A DNA stretch of 64,000 nucleotides from an uncultured virus (IMG/VR IMGVR_UViG_3300025096_002805) (IMGVR_UViG_3300025096_002805); one strand, 5' to 3'; shown: positions 9,893 through 17,166, counted from the stretch's first letter. The notes: generated by a model not told the origin, from the sequence alone. Program-made: numbers and translations.

Positions 9893-10090
9893 GTGAGTGA
9901 GAAAACAAATACTAAAAACATTATGATAGAAAAAATAAAATGGTTGGTTAGTGACCTCGGGTTGAACGAATTCAATGCGTGGTTGTGGATAATAGGCGGC
10001 GCAGCATTAACGGCTGCGGTTCTAGTGCTGCTGTCAGGCGGCTTCGATGAGGTGTTCCGATACTGGAGAGTGTTCTTCTTAAATCTCTAA
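9893..10090 (+). CDS. Small membrane protein
   Basis: One TM segment; after promoter 9857. Confidence 0.65.
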   Translation: MSEKTNTKNIMIEKIKWLVSDLGLNEFNAWLWIIGGAALTAAVLVLLSGGFDEVFRYWRVFFLNL

Positions 10091-10434
10091 TGAAAGAAGA
10101 AGCACCCAAATTCAGTTCGTCGCCACTCTGGCCGGGATTTTCAATGACATTTAAGAACGGTTGGGAAATATCGGTTCAGTTTGGTAACGGACACTACTGC
10201 TCCAACAAAATGAAGGACAGTTCGTCTCGACAGAGTGAGACGGCGGAGGTCGCTATCTTCGCTCCAGACAAAGATGGTTTCCCCAGAGAGTGGTGGTCAT
10301 ACGACGAAACGCTTGACGATGTAGTCGAGCAGCCAGAAGAGAGTTATGTAAATGGTTGGTTGACAACCGATCAAGTTGCGAGTATAATTAATATAATAGC
10401 TAATAAAAATGAGAATAAATCCAATAGCAACTAA
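10090..10434 (+). CDS. Conserved phage hypothetical protein
   Basis: F.NGW.ISVQFG.GHYCSN...AEVAI. Confidence 0.7.
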   Translation: MKEEAPKFSSSPLWPGFSMTFKNGWEISVQFGNGHYCSNKMKDSSSRQSETAEVAIFAPDKDGFPREWWSYDETLDDVVEQPEESYVNGWLTTDQVASIINIIANKNENKSNSN

Positions 10435-10675
10435 CCAAACGGAAGTGCACTTCAACGAAAGACTCGTTGACGCAAGCAAGCGCGCTGTGTTCTTCTTTTC
10501 TTACGGTACGCCTGTCGCGGCCAAGGTTGGCACGACCTACTACAAGACAGAAGAGACATTCAGCAAGACAACTTCGCGTCATGTTAATCAATGGCTTGAA
10601 GACGTCAAATACGAAGTCAAGCCACAGAGCTGGTTTGCGAAGGCAACTTTAACAACTTTTCAGCCATGTAACTAA
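10409..10675 (+). CDS. Conserved phage hypothetical protein
   Basis: FSYGTPVAA...FSKTTSRHVNQW. Confidence 0.75.
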   Translation: MRINPIATNQTEVHFNERLVDASKRAVFFFSYGTPVAAKVGTTYYKTEETFSKTTSRHVNQWLEDVKYEVKPQSWFAKATLTTFQPCN

Positions 10676-10742
10676 CTGACCACCAACAACTTACGGGGCG
10701 GGGGGTTGTGCGCGGTGTAAGTCATTGATAGCCAAAGACTTA
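10669..10742. repeat. Paired-palindrome element 5 (G-rich on +)
   Basis: taactaactg-accac-caacaactta, 24 nt, taagtcattg-atagc-caaagactta. Confidence 0.9.
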
Positions 10743-10819
10743 CAGAACGAAAAGAAAAGAAAAAAAAATGAAAAAAAGGGTTGACAACTCCGGTGTTCTG
10801 TGTTATGCTATTCCCAGTT

Positions 10820-11053
10820 ATGAGAGATATGATTAGTTGTGAAGAGGTTTTCGAGGCCGATCCGCAGGCGCGGGCGGAGTTTGATGCGGTGTGCGACGAG
10901 TGGCTGAACGAGGCCATCGACGCGCAGGACGCCGAGGAGGATCTCGTCGAGTGCGAGGGCTGCGGCGAGCAGTGGTACGCGCATCAGGCGGGTGCGAACG
11001 GCCGCATCGAGTGGTGCCGGAAGTGCTACAAAAACGATCCTTACTACGTGTAA
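10820..11053 (+). CDS. Early acidic Zn-ribbon protein
   Basis: CEGC...CRKC; after promoter 10781. Confidence 0.7.
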   Translation: MRDMISCEEVFEADPQARAEFDAVCDEWLNEAIDAQDAEEDLVECEGCGEQWYAHQAGANGRIEWCRKCYKNDPYYV

Positions 11054-11124
11054 GGGTCTGATTGCCAACGACTTAGGACTTCACCCCCACCCCCCGACGT
11101 AAGTCATTGATACTCAGTGACTTG
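11051..11124. repeat. Paired-palindrome element 6 (C-rich on +)
   Basis: taagggtctg-attgc-caacgactta, 24 nt, taagtcattg-atact-cagtgacttg. Confidence 0.88.
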
Positions 11125-11229
11125 TGAATAGCTCTCTTATTTGAGTCCATATTTGCCTCGAAAAAGCTTTCGTTTTTCTTATATTAAGTCTTGACTTATT
11201 TCGCTTTTTGTGCTATACTCTTTTCAGTT

Positions 11230-11451
11230 ATGAGAGATAGAAAAAAGACGTTTACAGTATATTGGAAAGTGGACGACACCATCAACTTCAAAGCCTTCCC
11301 TATGGTGAAGGGTGAGCCTGACCATAGAGCGTTCAATGACGCAATTGACTTCGCTGGTGTCATAAGGAAAACAACTGTATTAGATGTTCGCATCGAATGC
11401 CGTAAACGTAACGACCGTGATGGCTGGGACATTGAACAAGTATGGCCTTGA
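11230..11451 (+). CDS. Early hypothetical protein
   Basis: After promoter 11191. Confidence 0.7.
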   Translation: MRDRKKTFTVYWKVDDTINFKAFPMVKGEPDHRAFNDAIDFAGVIRKTTVLDVRIECRKRNDRDGWDIEQVWP

Positions 11452-11484
11452 CTTTCAATCCAGTAAGTGTTATACTATTAAGAG

Positions 11485-11691
11485 ATGAGGAAATGGGTAC
11501 TAACTAGAATCGCACACTCAACTATCATTGTTGAATCTGAAACTGATCCCACCGATGACAAGTGGGACCTTGACACGAAGTATGGCAAGCAGTTTGATGA
11601 AGAGTATTACAATGACGGTCTTACCACATGGGAATGTGACACCGTAGAGAATGTGTATGGCGAAGGATACATGAAAAATCTTACCACATGA
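11485..11691 (+). CDS. Early hypothetical protein
   Basis: After promoter 11448. Confidence 0.7.
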   Translation: MRKWVLTRIAHSTIIVESETDPTDDKWDLDTKYGKQFDEEYYNDGLTTWECDTVENVYGEGYMKNLTT

Positions 11692-12041
11692 GAGTACAAG
11701 TTTATTACAACCTACACAAGAAGCGCCTCTCGGTTCGAAACAGAGGTAAAGTAATCAGACACGCCGACATTGTCCTTCTGGAAAATGTGAAGTTCCACGT
11801 TCAACCAGCAGGGCAAGCCAAGGTACGGAAGAACAAACGCAAAAATGTTCACGCTTACGTTGCTGGTGACTTGGCAAGCAAGCAAGGCTTTGGGAATGGT
11901 ACTGTCGAGGAGTTTGATCTTGTCAAGTACAATCCGTATAAGTATGACTTTTTTGTTGACGAAGAAGGAAATGAAATGCGAGACGTATACGAAAAGGCTT
12001 ACATTAAAAACAAAGAGATTTTTGTCAAGAAAAATGCTTGA
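11688..12041 (+). CDS. Conserved phage hypothetical protein
   Basis: VYYNLHK...RKNVHAYV.G...YNPYK. Confidence 0.8.
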   Translation: MRVQVYYNLHKKRLSVRNRGKVIRHADIVLLENVKFHVQPAGQAKVRKNKRKNVHAYVAGDLASKQGFGNGTVEEFDLVKYNPYKYDFFVDEEGNEMRDVYEKAYIKNKEIFVKKNA

Positions 12042-12070
12042 CATTAGCCGCAGTCTGTGGCATAATTAGA

Positions 12071-12310
12071 GTGTTGAAAGAGAAAAAAGAAAACAAAATG
12101 AAGAAGTTCCTAGTAAACTACATACCGGCTGTCCACGAAGGACAGGAGAACAAAGAAGACAAATCCTATTCCTACAGAGTAGAAATGGATGAACAATTCG
12201 CTAATCGTAGCGAGAAAGACGAGTCCGCTGGAATGGCAGCGAAAGACTCGGAGTCTGGCCTATGGAAGAGATTCCGTTGGGACAGAATCCAAAGTGCGGT
12301 GGCCATCTAG
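12071..12310 (+). CDS. Early hypothetical protein (start 12071 or 12098)
   Basis: After promoter 12038; ends WKRFRWDRI. Confidence 0.7.
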   Translation: MLKEKKENKMKKFLVNYIPAVHEGQENKEDKSYSYRVEMDEQFANRSEKDESAGMAAKDSESGLWKRFRWDRIQSAVAI

Positions 12311-12324
12311 CCACCAAACAAACC

Positions 12325-12524
12325 TTCTGGGTGCTACGCTTTAAACGCAGCGTGACGCTCGGGACAATTTTCGACCCGCGCCTCCTTAGAGGTTCGCGCT
12401 CAACAGCGCTACCTTTCCAGAACGCAATGAGTCTGGACGGCAACGCGTGAAGCCGTGGCGCGGTAACGAGAACGCACTCTCTCATAACACGACGCTAGTA
12501 GCCCCTTGCGAAAGCGAGGGGCTA
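12325..12524 (+). ncRNA. Candidate multi-hairpin non-coding RNA (includes hairpin copy 2)
   Basis: Several hand-folded stems with ACGC in their loops; ends in hairpin tagccccttgc-gaaa-gcgaggggcta. Confidence 0.45.
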
Positions 12525-12596
12525 TGTCGTTAACCACCAATGACTTGTGGCCGCGGCCTCCCCCCGCGCCGTAAGTCGTTGATAATCAATGAATTA
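12523..12596. repeat. Paired-palindrome element 7 (C-rich on +), at the convergence point
   Basis: tatgtcgtta-accac-caatgacttg, 24 nt, taagtcgttg-ataat-caatgaatta. Confidence 0.88.
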
Positions 12597-12599
12597 AGG

Positions 12600-12674
12600 T
12601 GGACGCGGGAGTCGGAATCGAACCGACGAGTAAGAGATTTGCAATCTCCCGCCTTACCACTTGGCTACCCCGCG
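12600..12674 (-). tRNA. tRNA-Cys(GCA)
   Basis: Cloverleaf with anticodon loop TTGCAAA, GGTTCGATTCC, U discriminator and CCA. Confidence 0.95.
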
Positions 12675-12688
12675 CACTGTAAATTAAT

Positions 12689-12773
12689 TCCGGGCACTGT
12701 GGCTGTTTCATGAGGCACCTGAACCTCGAGCCTGTATCAGGATCTCCCTGATCACCATGGCCACGTGCCCGGA
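12689..12773 (-). ncRNA. Three-way-junction RNA motif, copy A
   Basis: P1-CATGGTG-P2(GAGAT loop)-ACAGG-P3-ATGAAACA-P1; covaries with copy B. Confidence 0.7.
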
Positions 12774-12791
12774 GTATGGTTCAGAAAATGG

Positions 12792-12908
12792 TTATTTCTT
12801 CGGGTCTCGTTTCCTATCGTATGACCCTTTACCCTTCTTTGTTTTGTGCACGCGCTGCCCCGTGTTCCAATCGACCTGACGCCTAATTTTCTTTTTGGGC
12901 TCCTTCAT
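12792..12908 (-). CDS. arfA: ArfA-like ribosome rescue peptide (38 aa, not in ORF track)
   Basis: MKEPKKKIRRQVDWNTGQRVHKTKKGKGSYDRKRDPKK carries the ArfA signature QRV..KKGKGSYxRK. Confidence 0.7.
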   Translation of the reverse strand: MKEPKKKIRRQVDWNTGQRVHKTKKGKGSYDRKRDPKK

Positions 12909-12913
12909 GGTCT

Positions 12914-13369
12914 TCAGGCCTTCACGGCATCCCAGTCGCTCAAGTCCTCCGCCGCAATCGTCAACTCCTCGTGGATATTGAGTTCCGGCGTTCTCATCTT
13001 GTGCGTGTACAGTTCTTGCGTGTTCTGGAGTGAGGCAAGGAACCTGCTGGCCTCGTCCTTTGCGAGAACATCAGCTCCTGTCTTTTGTCCCTTGAGGTTA
13101 GCTGCGCCTACATCTTGGATGACCCGCGAGCGGCATATGTTGAGGACGGCTCTGTTGAACCGCGTCTCGTCTGTCCAGAACACCGCTAGTTTGTCGGTGC
13201 GCCAGTCAAGCTCGCCGTTGGTGGCCATCCAGTTCCAGAATGCCCAAAAGCGTTGGGTTATCTCCTGCTGGTTCTCGCCCTCCATGCCGATTATCAGGGA
13301 ATCTTCGTCGATTGCCTGCCGATAGTAGTTGATTTTTTCGTTAAACATAATGTTGCAAGCCTCTCTCAC
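12914..13369 (-). CDS. Early hypothetical protein
   Basis: After promoter 13381-13409. Confidence 0.75.
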   Translation of the reverse strand: MREACNIMFNEKINYYRQAIDEDSLIIGMEGENQQEITQRFWAFWNWMATNGELDWRTDKLAVFWTDETRFNRAVLNICRSRVIQDVGAANLKGQKTGADVLAKDEASRFLASLQNTQELYTHKMRTPELNIHEELTIAAEDLSDWDAVKA

Positions 13370-13533
13370 TTGCTGGGGAAAGTATAGCATAATTAACCCC
13401 ACTTGTCAAGCTCTTTTTCTACTCCCACCAGTCGTCCCCGGCGGAATACTTCGACCACCAGTAAACGAAAAACACGACAAGGATAAGAAAACAAATAGCC
13501 ATTCCTTAAAGATACAGCAAACTTGACTAATTG

Positions 13534-14166
13534 TCAATGTTTTTTGTAGTCAATGTTCTGGACTGACTCATCCCAACAGGCCCGACAGTCCGCGCACTCG
13601 TTGCCTTGGGTAGACGCTGGGCAAGAGAACCCTTCCCGCATAACGCCGCTTGTCGTCAGACCTAGGCTCTTTGCTAACTTGGTTGGTGGTTTGCCGTCCA
13701 TCATGTAAGCAGACAAACGAATGACAAGATTGTCGGGCTTACGGCCTAATGCTATCCACTCACGAACAAAACGATATTCCCTAGTCGGCAACCAAAACTT
13801 AATGTGAGGCAACCGCCTTGCAACTTCCGCAATCTTTTCGAGATGCCAAACACCTTGAACATCACCCGAATCATGCCAGCGAAAAAAGCCAGTCTTTTCC
13901 CTTTTGCCAATCATGAAAACCATCATGTCCACCCAATCAATTTGCTCTAATGCCTTGAGCCGCTTTTTCATCGCGGCCTTAACATTTGGGAAAACATAAC
14001 GCCCTTTTCGTGCGTAACAAAAAGAACAAATCGAATCAACAACCTGTGCCAACTTGGAGCCGGTAATACAATCCTCTGCCGGTGTGCTGTAACCAAACCC
14101 CGGCATCTTCGACGGCTTGGATAAGGAGCCGACCTTTCCTTCTGCGATTTTGACAGTAAGCTTCAT
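13534..14166 (-). CDS. GP88-family phage protein (Cys-rich)
   Basis: SKPSKMPG, CSFCYARKG, FRWHDSGD, CADCRACW. Confidence 0.8.
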   Translation of the reverse strand: MKLTVKIAEGKVGSLSKPSKMPGFGYSTPAEDCITGSKLAQVVDSICSFCYARKGRYVFPNVKAAMKKRLKALEQIDWVDMMVFMIGKREKTGFFRWHDSGDVQGVWHLEKIAEVARRLPHIKFWLPTREYRFVREWIALGRKPDNLVIRLSAYMMDGKPPTKLAKSLGLTTSGVMREGFSCPASTQGNECADCRACWDESVQNIDYKKH

Positions 14167-14201
14167 AACTGCGAAAAGTATAACACAAAAGAGGCCAAGT
14201 G

Positions 14202-14447
14202 TCAAGCAAAAATTAAATCCCAGCCTTCCGGGCTAATGCCCGTGTTGGCAAACTCTCTGTCCCCAGCGTCTAACGACTTCAAACACATGATAGGTTTCCC
14301 TTGGCTCAAATCCCAAAGTTCGTGACTGGGAATTGTTACGCTGTAAGGTTTACCTGTTTTGACGCAGGGGCCAGTGAAGGTGTAGGAGTGTTCTGGCTCG
14401 TAAGCCTCCGTGTAGGTGCAAGCACTTGTTTGTATGTATCGTCCCAT
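14202..14447 (-). CDS. Hypothetical protein
   Basis: DREF..TGISPEGW; has its own promoter. Confidence 0.7.
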   Translation of the reverse strand: MGRYIQTSACTYTEAYEPEHSYTFTGPCVKTGKPYSVTIPSHELWDLSQGKPIMCLKSLDAGDREFANTGISPEGWDLIFA

Positions 14448-14513
14448 AACTTCTTATAGCATACCACAATCTGAACCTCATGTCAAGCCTTTTCCTGTCA
14501 TGTTTTACCCCTG

Positions 14514-14588
14514 TAAGTCATTGAGTATCAATGACTTAGGGCCTGCGGCCTCCCCCCGCGCCGTAAGTTGTTGGGGTGTAATGAGTTA
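14514..14588. repeat. Paired-palindrome element 8 (C-rich on +)
   Basis: taagtcattg-agtat-caatgactta (perfect), 25 nt, taagttgttg-gggtg-taatgagtta. Confidence 0.9.
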
Positions 14589-14610
14589 CGCCCCCGCTTT
14601 CGCGGGGGCG
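14589..14610. terminator. GC hairpin abutting element 8
   Basis: cgcccccgc-tttc-gcgggggcg. Confidence 0.55.
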
Positions 14611-14700
14611 TTTACCTCAGACCGAATGAAAAAAACAACAAAAGGGGAGGCGGGTTGCCTTCGCGCCAGCGGGTCTTATTTGCCCGCCTCCCCAGTGACA

Positions 14701-15588
14701 TCAAGAGGCAACAAGTATATCGTCAGACTTGACCGAGGGCTTGCGGCTCAACTTTGAGTAGTAGCTCTTGTCTTTGGCGGCTCTCGTCAACTTCCTGAGA
14801 ATGCTCTCGTTGACCTTCTCTGCATACTCAAAACGCTCGTTCTGTACGGCGTTCGGGTTCTTCCCGCTGGACAAATGCTGAGTCGCAGCATTGTAAAGCG
14901 TGTAAAGATTCCGAGCTTCATCCTCTTTGTAAGTAGGATTCACCCAAATCTTGGTGATGTCCTGCCTCAAGGAATTACTCAGCACCTTGGAGTCTTGAAG
15001 ATTCTTCAAAATGTAATCTCCAATCGTGTTATCAATTTTGACCTCGCTCAAACGAGTGAAGTCAGAACCGACTGTCTCAAAGGCATCTATCGCACGGTCG
15101 ATAGCGTTTGACACGCCGCTCAAGTCCAGCTTGCTGGAATGCTTCTGATTGAAGCTGAAAGCAGAGCGTAATCCTTTCATGCCGTTCGTGCATATCTCGC
15201 GTAACATACCCAAGTCCAGACCTGCAAAACAGGAACGGTCATAAGAGTTACGCACCGTGACACGCATATCGAGCTTGTCGCCGACCTGTGGAATGAAGAT
15301 AGACTTGTCGGTGAAGTCGTATGTTCCGTACATCGTCGCGCCATCACGCGCCACGCGGATTTCCTTCGCGTATGTAATACCCTTGTCGGTGAGGACTTCC
15401 TCAACTGAATCAACGAGGGTCGAGTTAAGCAACAAGCCATACTTGTCACTTGTTACACCAAGCACCTTGCCTGTGTCTGTCCTGCGAGTCCCCCAGTATC
15501 CCGCTTTGTTACCGTCAGAAGTTTGAAGTTCTTCCATAACAACAGGGAACCGATACTCGCCGCTTGTAGGTCTGCTTGTTCTAGCCAT
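14701..15588 (-). CDS. DUF932 / TIGR03299-like phage-plasmid protein
   Basis: RTDTGKVLGV.SD.Y, RNSYD.S, REICTNG, LYNAAT. Confidence 0.8.
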   Translation of the reverse strand: MARTSRPTSGEYRFPVVMEELQTSDGNKAGYWGTRRTDTGKVLGVTSDKYGLLLNSTLVDSVEEVLTDKGITYAKEIRVARDGATMYGTYDFTDKSIFIPQVGDKLDMRVTVRNSYDRSCFAGLDLGMLREICTNGMKGLRSAFSFNQKHSSKLDLSGVSNAIDRAIDAFETVGSDFTRLSEVKIDNTIGDYILKNLQDSKVLSNSLRQDITKIWVNPTYKEDEARNLYTLYNAATQHLSSGKNPNAVQNERFEYAEKVNESILRKLTRAAKDKSYYSKLSRKPSVKSDDILVAS

Positions 15589-15634
15589 GTTCTTATCTTA
15601 ACACTTACTGGATTAAAAGTCAAGGCAAGAAACC

Positions 15635-16255
15635 TCAGGCCATAATGGCCTGAGATTTCCGTATGAACGCCTTCGCCTTCTGCTTTGCAGCATTAGTTTT
15701 CGCGCGAAGGGCCAAAGCTGGGCTTTTCGCCTCAATCCACTCCTCGAAAAGATTCACGCAATCGTCAAATGTGCGCTGGTCAATGTCAAGGGTACGATGC
15801 TCCGCTTGAGTGTTCAAGTTAAGCATGAGGTTTTTCCTCCCGTACTTCTTGGCGATGTACCGTTGAGCGTGCCACAAGGCGTTAATCACCTGTTGCTCGT
15901 TCTCGCCGGTATCCGTCTTGGCACTAGCCTTGAACACCACGATATCGCGCCAACCTAAACGGCTGAAGCTACCGCTATGATAACCGTCATTGGTTACCTT
16001 GTTCAAATACTTCATGGTGCTGTATCCAAGCTGATCGTTTGGATTCATTAAGCGACTATGAAGGTTGCGACTAGTCCTGCCTCCATAAGTGAAGAACCGA
16101 CCATTTTTGATCGTCGCCCACGCATAGAGATGAGCCTCAGAAGGAGAGGCTTGGAGGTCGTTACAGCCACGAACGGGTGTCCCGTAAGTTCTGGCATACT
16201 CATAACCCGTGTTGTTATACACACGGCCAACGCTGGATAATGAATTCGTATTCAT
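15635..16255 (-). CDS. Hypothetical protein, possible GIY-YIG-like N-terminus
   Basis: LYAW...TYGGRTSRNLHSRL. Confidence 0.4.
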   Translation of the reverse strand: MNTNSLSSVGRVYNNTGYEYARTYGTPVRGCNDLQASPSEAHLYAWATIKNGRFFTYGGRTSRNLHSRLMNPNDQLGYSTMKYLNKVTNDGYHSGSFSRLGWRDIVVFKASAKTDTGENEQQVINALWHAQRYIAKKYGRKNLMLNLNTQAEHRTLDIDQRTFDDCVNLFEEWIEAKSPALALRAKTNAAKQKAKAFIRKSQAIMA

Positions 16256-16371
16256 TTTGTAGTTTCGTATCTGGTTTTGATCGAGTTAGTTCCCCGATCA
16301 CTTTTAATAGTATAGCATCACCTGAATGGAAAGTCAACACTTTTTTTAAAGTTTTTTTAAATTTTAAAATA

Positions 16372-16509
16372 GCGAGCGGGGCAGTCCCTATCACATTTAA
16401 GGCCGCGGCTGGGAATCCGCTAGGCCACCCTTGGGAGCGACTTGTAGGCGACACGCGAAGTTCGCCACCATCTCTAGCCATGATTTTTTCAGTCGTTCCC
16501 GCGCTCACT
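16372..16509 (-). ncRNA. Candidate structured small RNA with its own promoter
   Basis: Paired 5'/3' ends and internal stems; an overlapping GTG ORF (16215-16508) is the alternative reading. Confidence 0.45.
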
Positions 16510-16581
16510 TCTATAATCTTACCATATACTGGCCCACGTGTCAACTAAAAAATGATTCGAAACCAACGCAACGGTCCATCC

Positions 16582-16704
16582 TAAGTCGTTGAGTATCAAT
16601 GACTTACGCGCGGGGGGGAGGTCGCGGCCGTAAGTCGTTGGGTATCAGTTACTTAGGGAATAGAAAGCGAAAAAAGTCATAAGTTATTGATATTAAATGA
16701 TTTA
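16582..16704. repeat. Paired-palindrome element 9 (G-rich on +) plus a third palindrome
   Basis: Palindromes at 16582-16606, 16631-16655 and 16680-16704, each separated by 24 nt. Confidence 0.9.
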
Positions 16705-16822
16705 CATCTCATTTCATTGCCTATTATTTGGAGTATTTTAAAAAAGTGGGCAAATTATTTGTTCTTATTATTATTAACTCATTTGATTATTTGTATATTT
16801 GTAATATTTAAGAAAAGTGGGC

Positions 16823-16850
16823 AAAAAAAAGACCCCGCCGAAGCGGGGTC
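16823..16850 (-). terminator. Intrinsic terminator
   Basis: gaccccgc-ttcg-gcggggtc followed by T8 on the minus strand. Confidence 0.85.
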
Positions 16851-16869
16851 ACTATGAGGGAAGGAGAGG

Positions 16870-16945
16870 GGAGACTCCGGTGTTTCACTAGGGTAACCTA
16901 CAAACCCTGTCCACGCATCTCGCGCAGCACCATGCCGAAGGCTCC
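16870..16945 (-). ncRNA. Three-way-junction RNA motif, copy B
   Basis: Same junction sequences as copy A with different, still-pairing stems. Confidence 0.7.
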
Positions 16946-16953
16946 TTACGCCG

Positions 16954-17166
16954 CTAGGTGCGGCGTTTGGTTTTCGCGCCGACCGAGGTCGTGCGACGGG
17001 CCGCTTTTGGCCCATTCATGACCGCTTTGAACGCGGCCTTGTTAACAGGCTCATATCGATGAGCGTGTTGATTGATGTTCACCAACTGCGTAGCAGTCAG
17101 TATCTTCAAGCTGCCGCCGGACTGGCGTTCAACTTCCAACTGATATGTATGATTGCGCATACCCAT
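16954..17166 (-). CDS. Small hypothetical protein
   Basis: Has its own promoter, 17215-17243. Confidence 0.65.
   Translation of the reverse strand: MGMRNHTYQLEVERQSGGSLKILTATQLVNINQHAHRYEPVNKAAFKAVMNGPKAARRTTSVGAKTKRRT

Larger units (their letters stand above)
5918..12066 (+). promoter_or_regulatory. Cluster of 14 sigma70-type early promoters
   Basis: TTGAC(A/T) or TTGCAA, then N16-17, then a TAnnnT-like box. -35 boxes start at 5918, 6275, 6512, 7391, 7599, 8429, 8628, 9303, 9521, 9857, 10781, 11191, 11448 and 12038. Many have an extended -10 TG and A-tract UP elements. Confidence 0.9.

Noticed and set aside
12201..12485. ORFs 12201-12485 (-) and 12262-12450 (+)
   Set aside because: They overlap a real gene end and a structured non-coding region and have no protein features
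12689..12773. Hammerhead ribozyme
   Set aside because: CTGATAC...GAAAC looks similar, but the CUGANGA core is absent, CTGAT lies in a stem, and copy B lacks it
7391..14205. ORF-track starts at TTG (7391, 9303, 10781, 11191, 12038, 14205)
   Set aside because: These TTGs are the -35 boxes of promoters; the real starts lie after the -10 box
6163..16704. Palindrome array as a CRISPR array
   Set aside because: Units are 0.3-2 kb apart, the cores resemble each other instead of being unique spacers, and no cas operon is present
6163..16704. Elements as classical integron attC or Xer dif sites
   Set aside because: No RYYYAAC/GTTRRRY ends, no match to the dif consensus, and no tyrosine recombinase in the window
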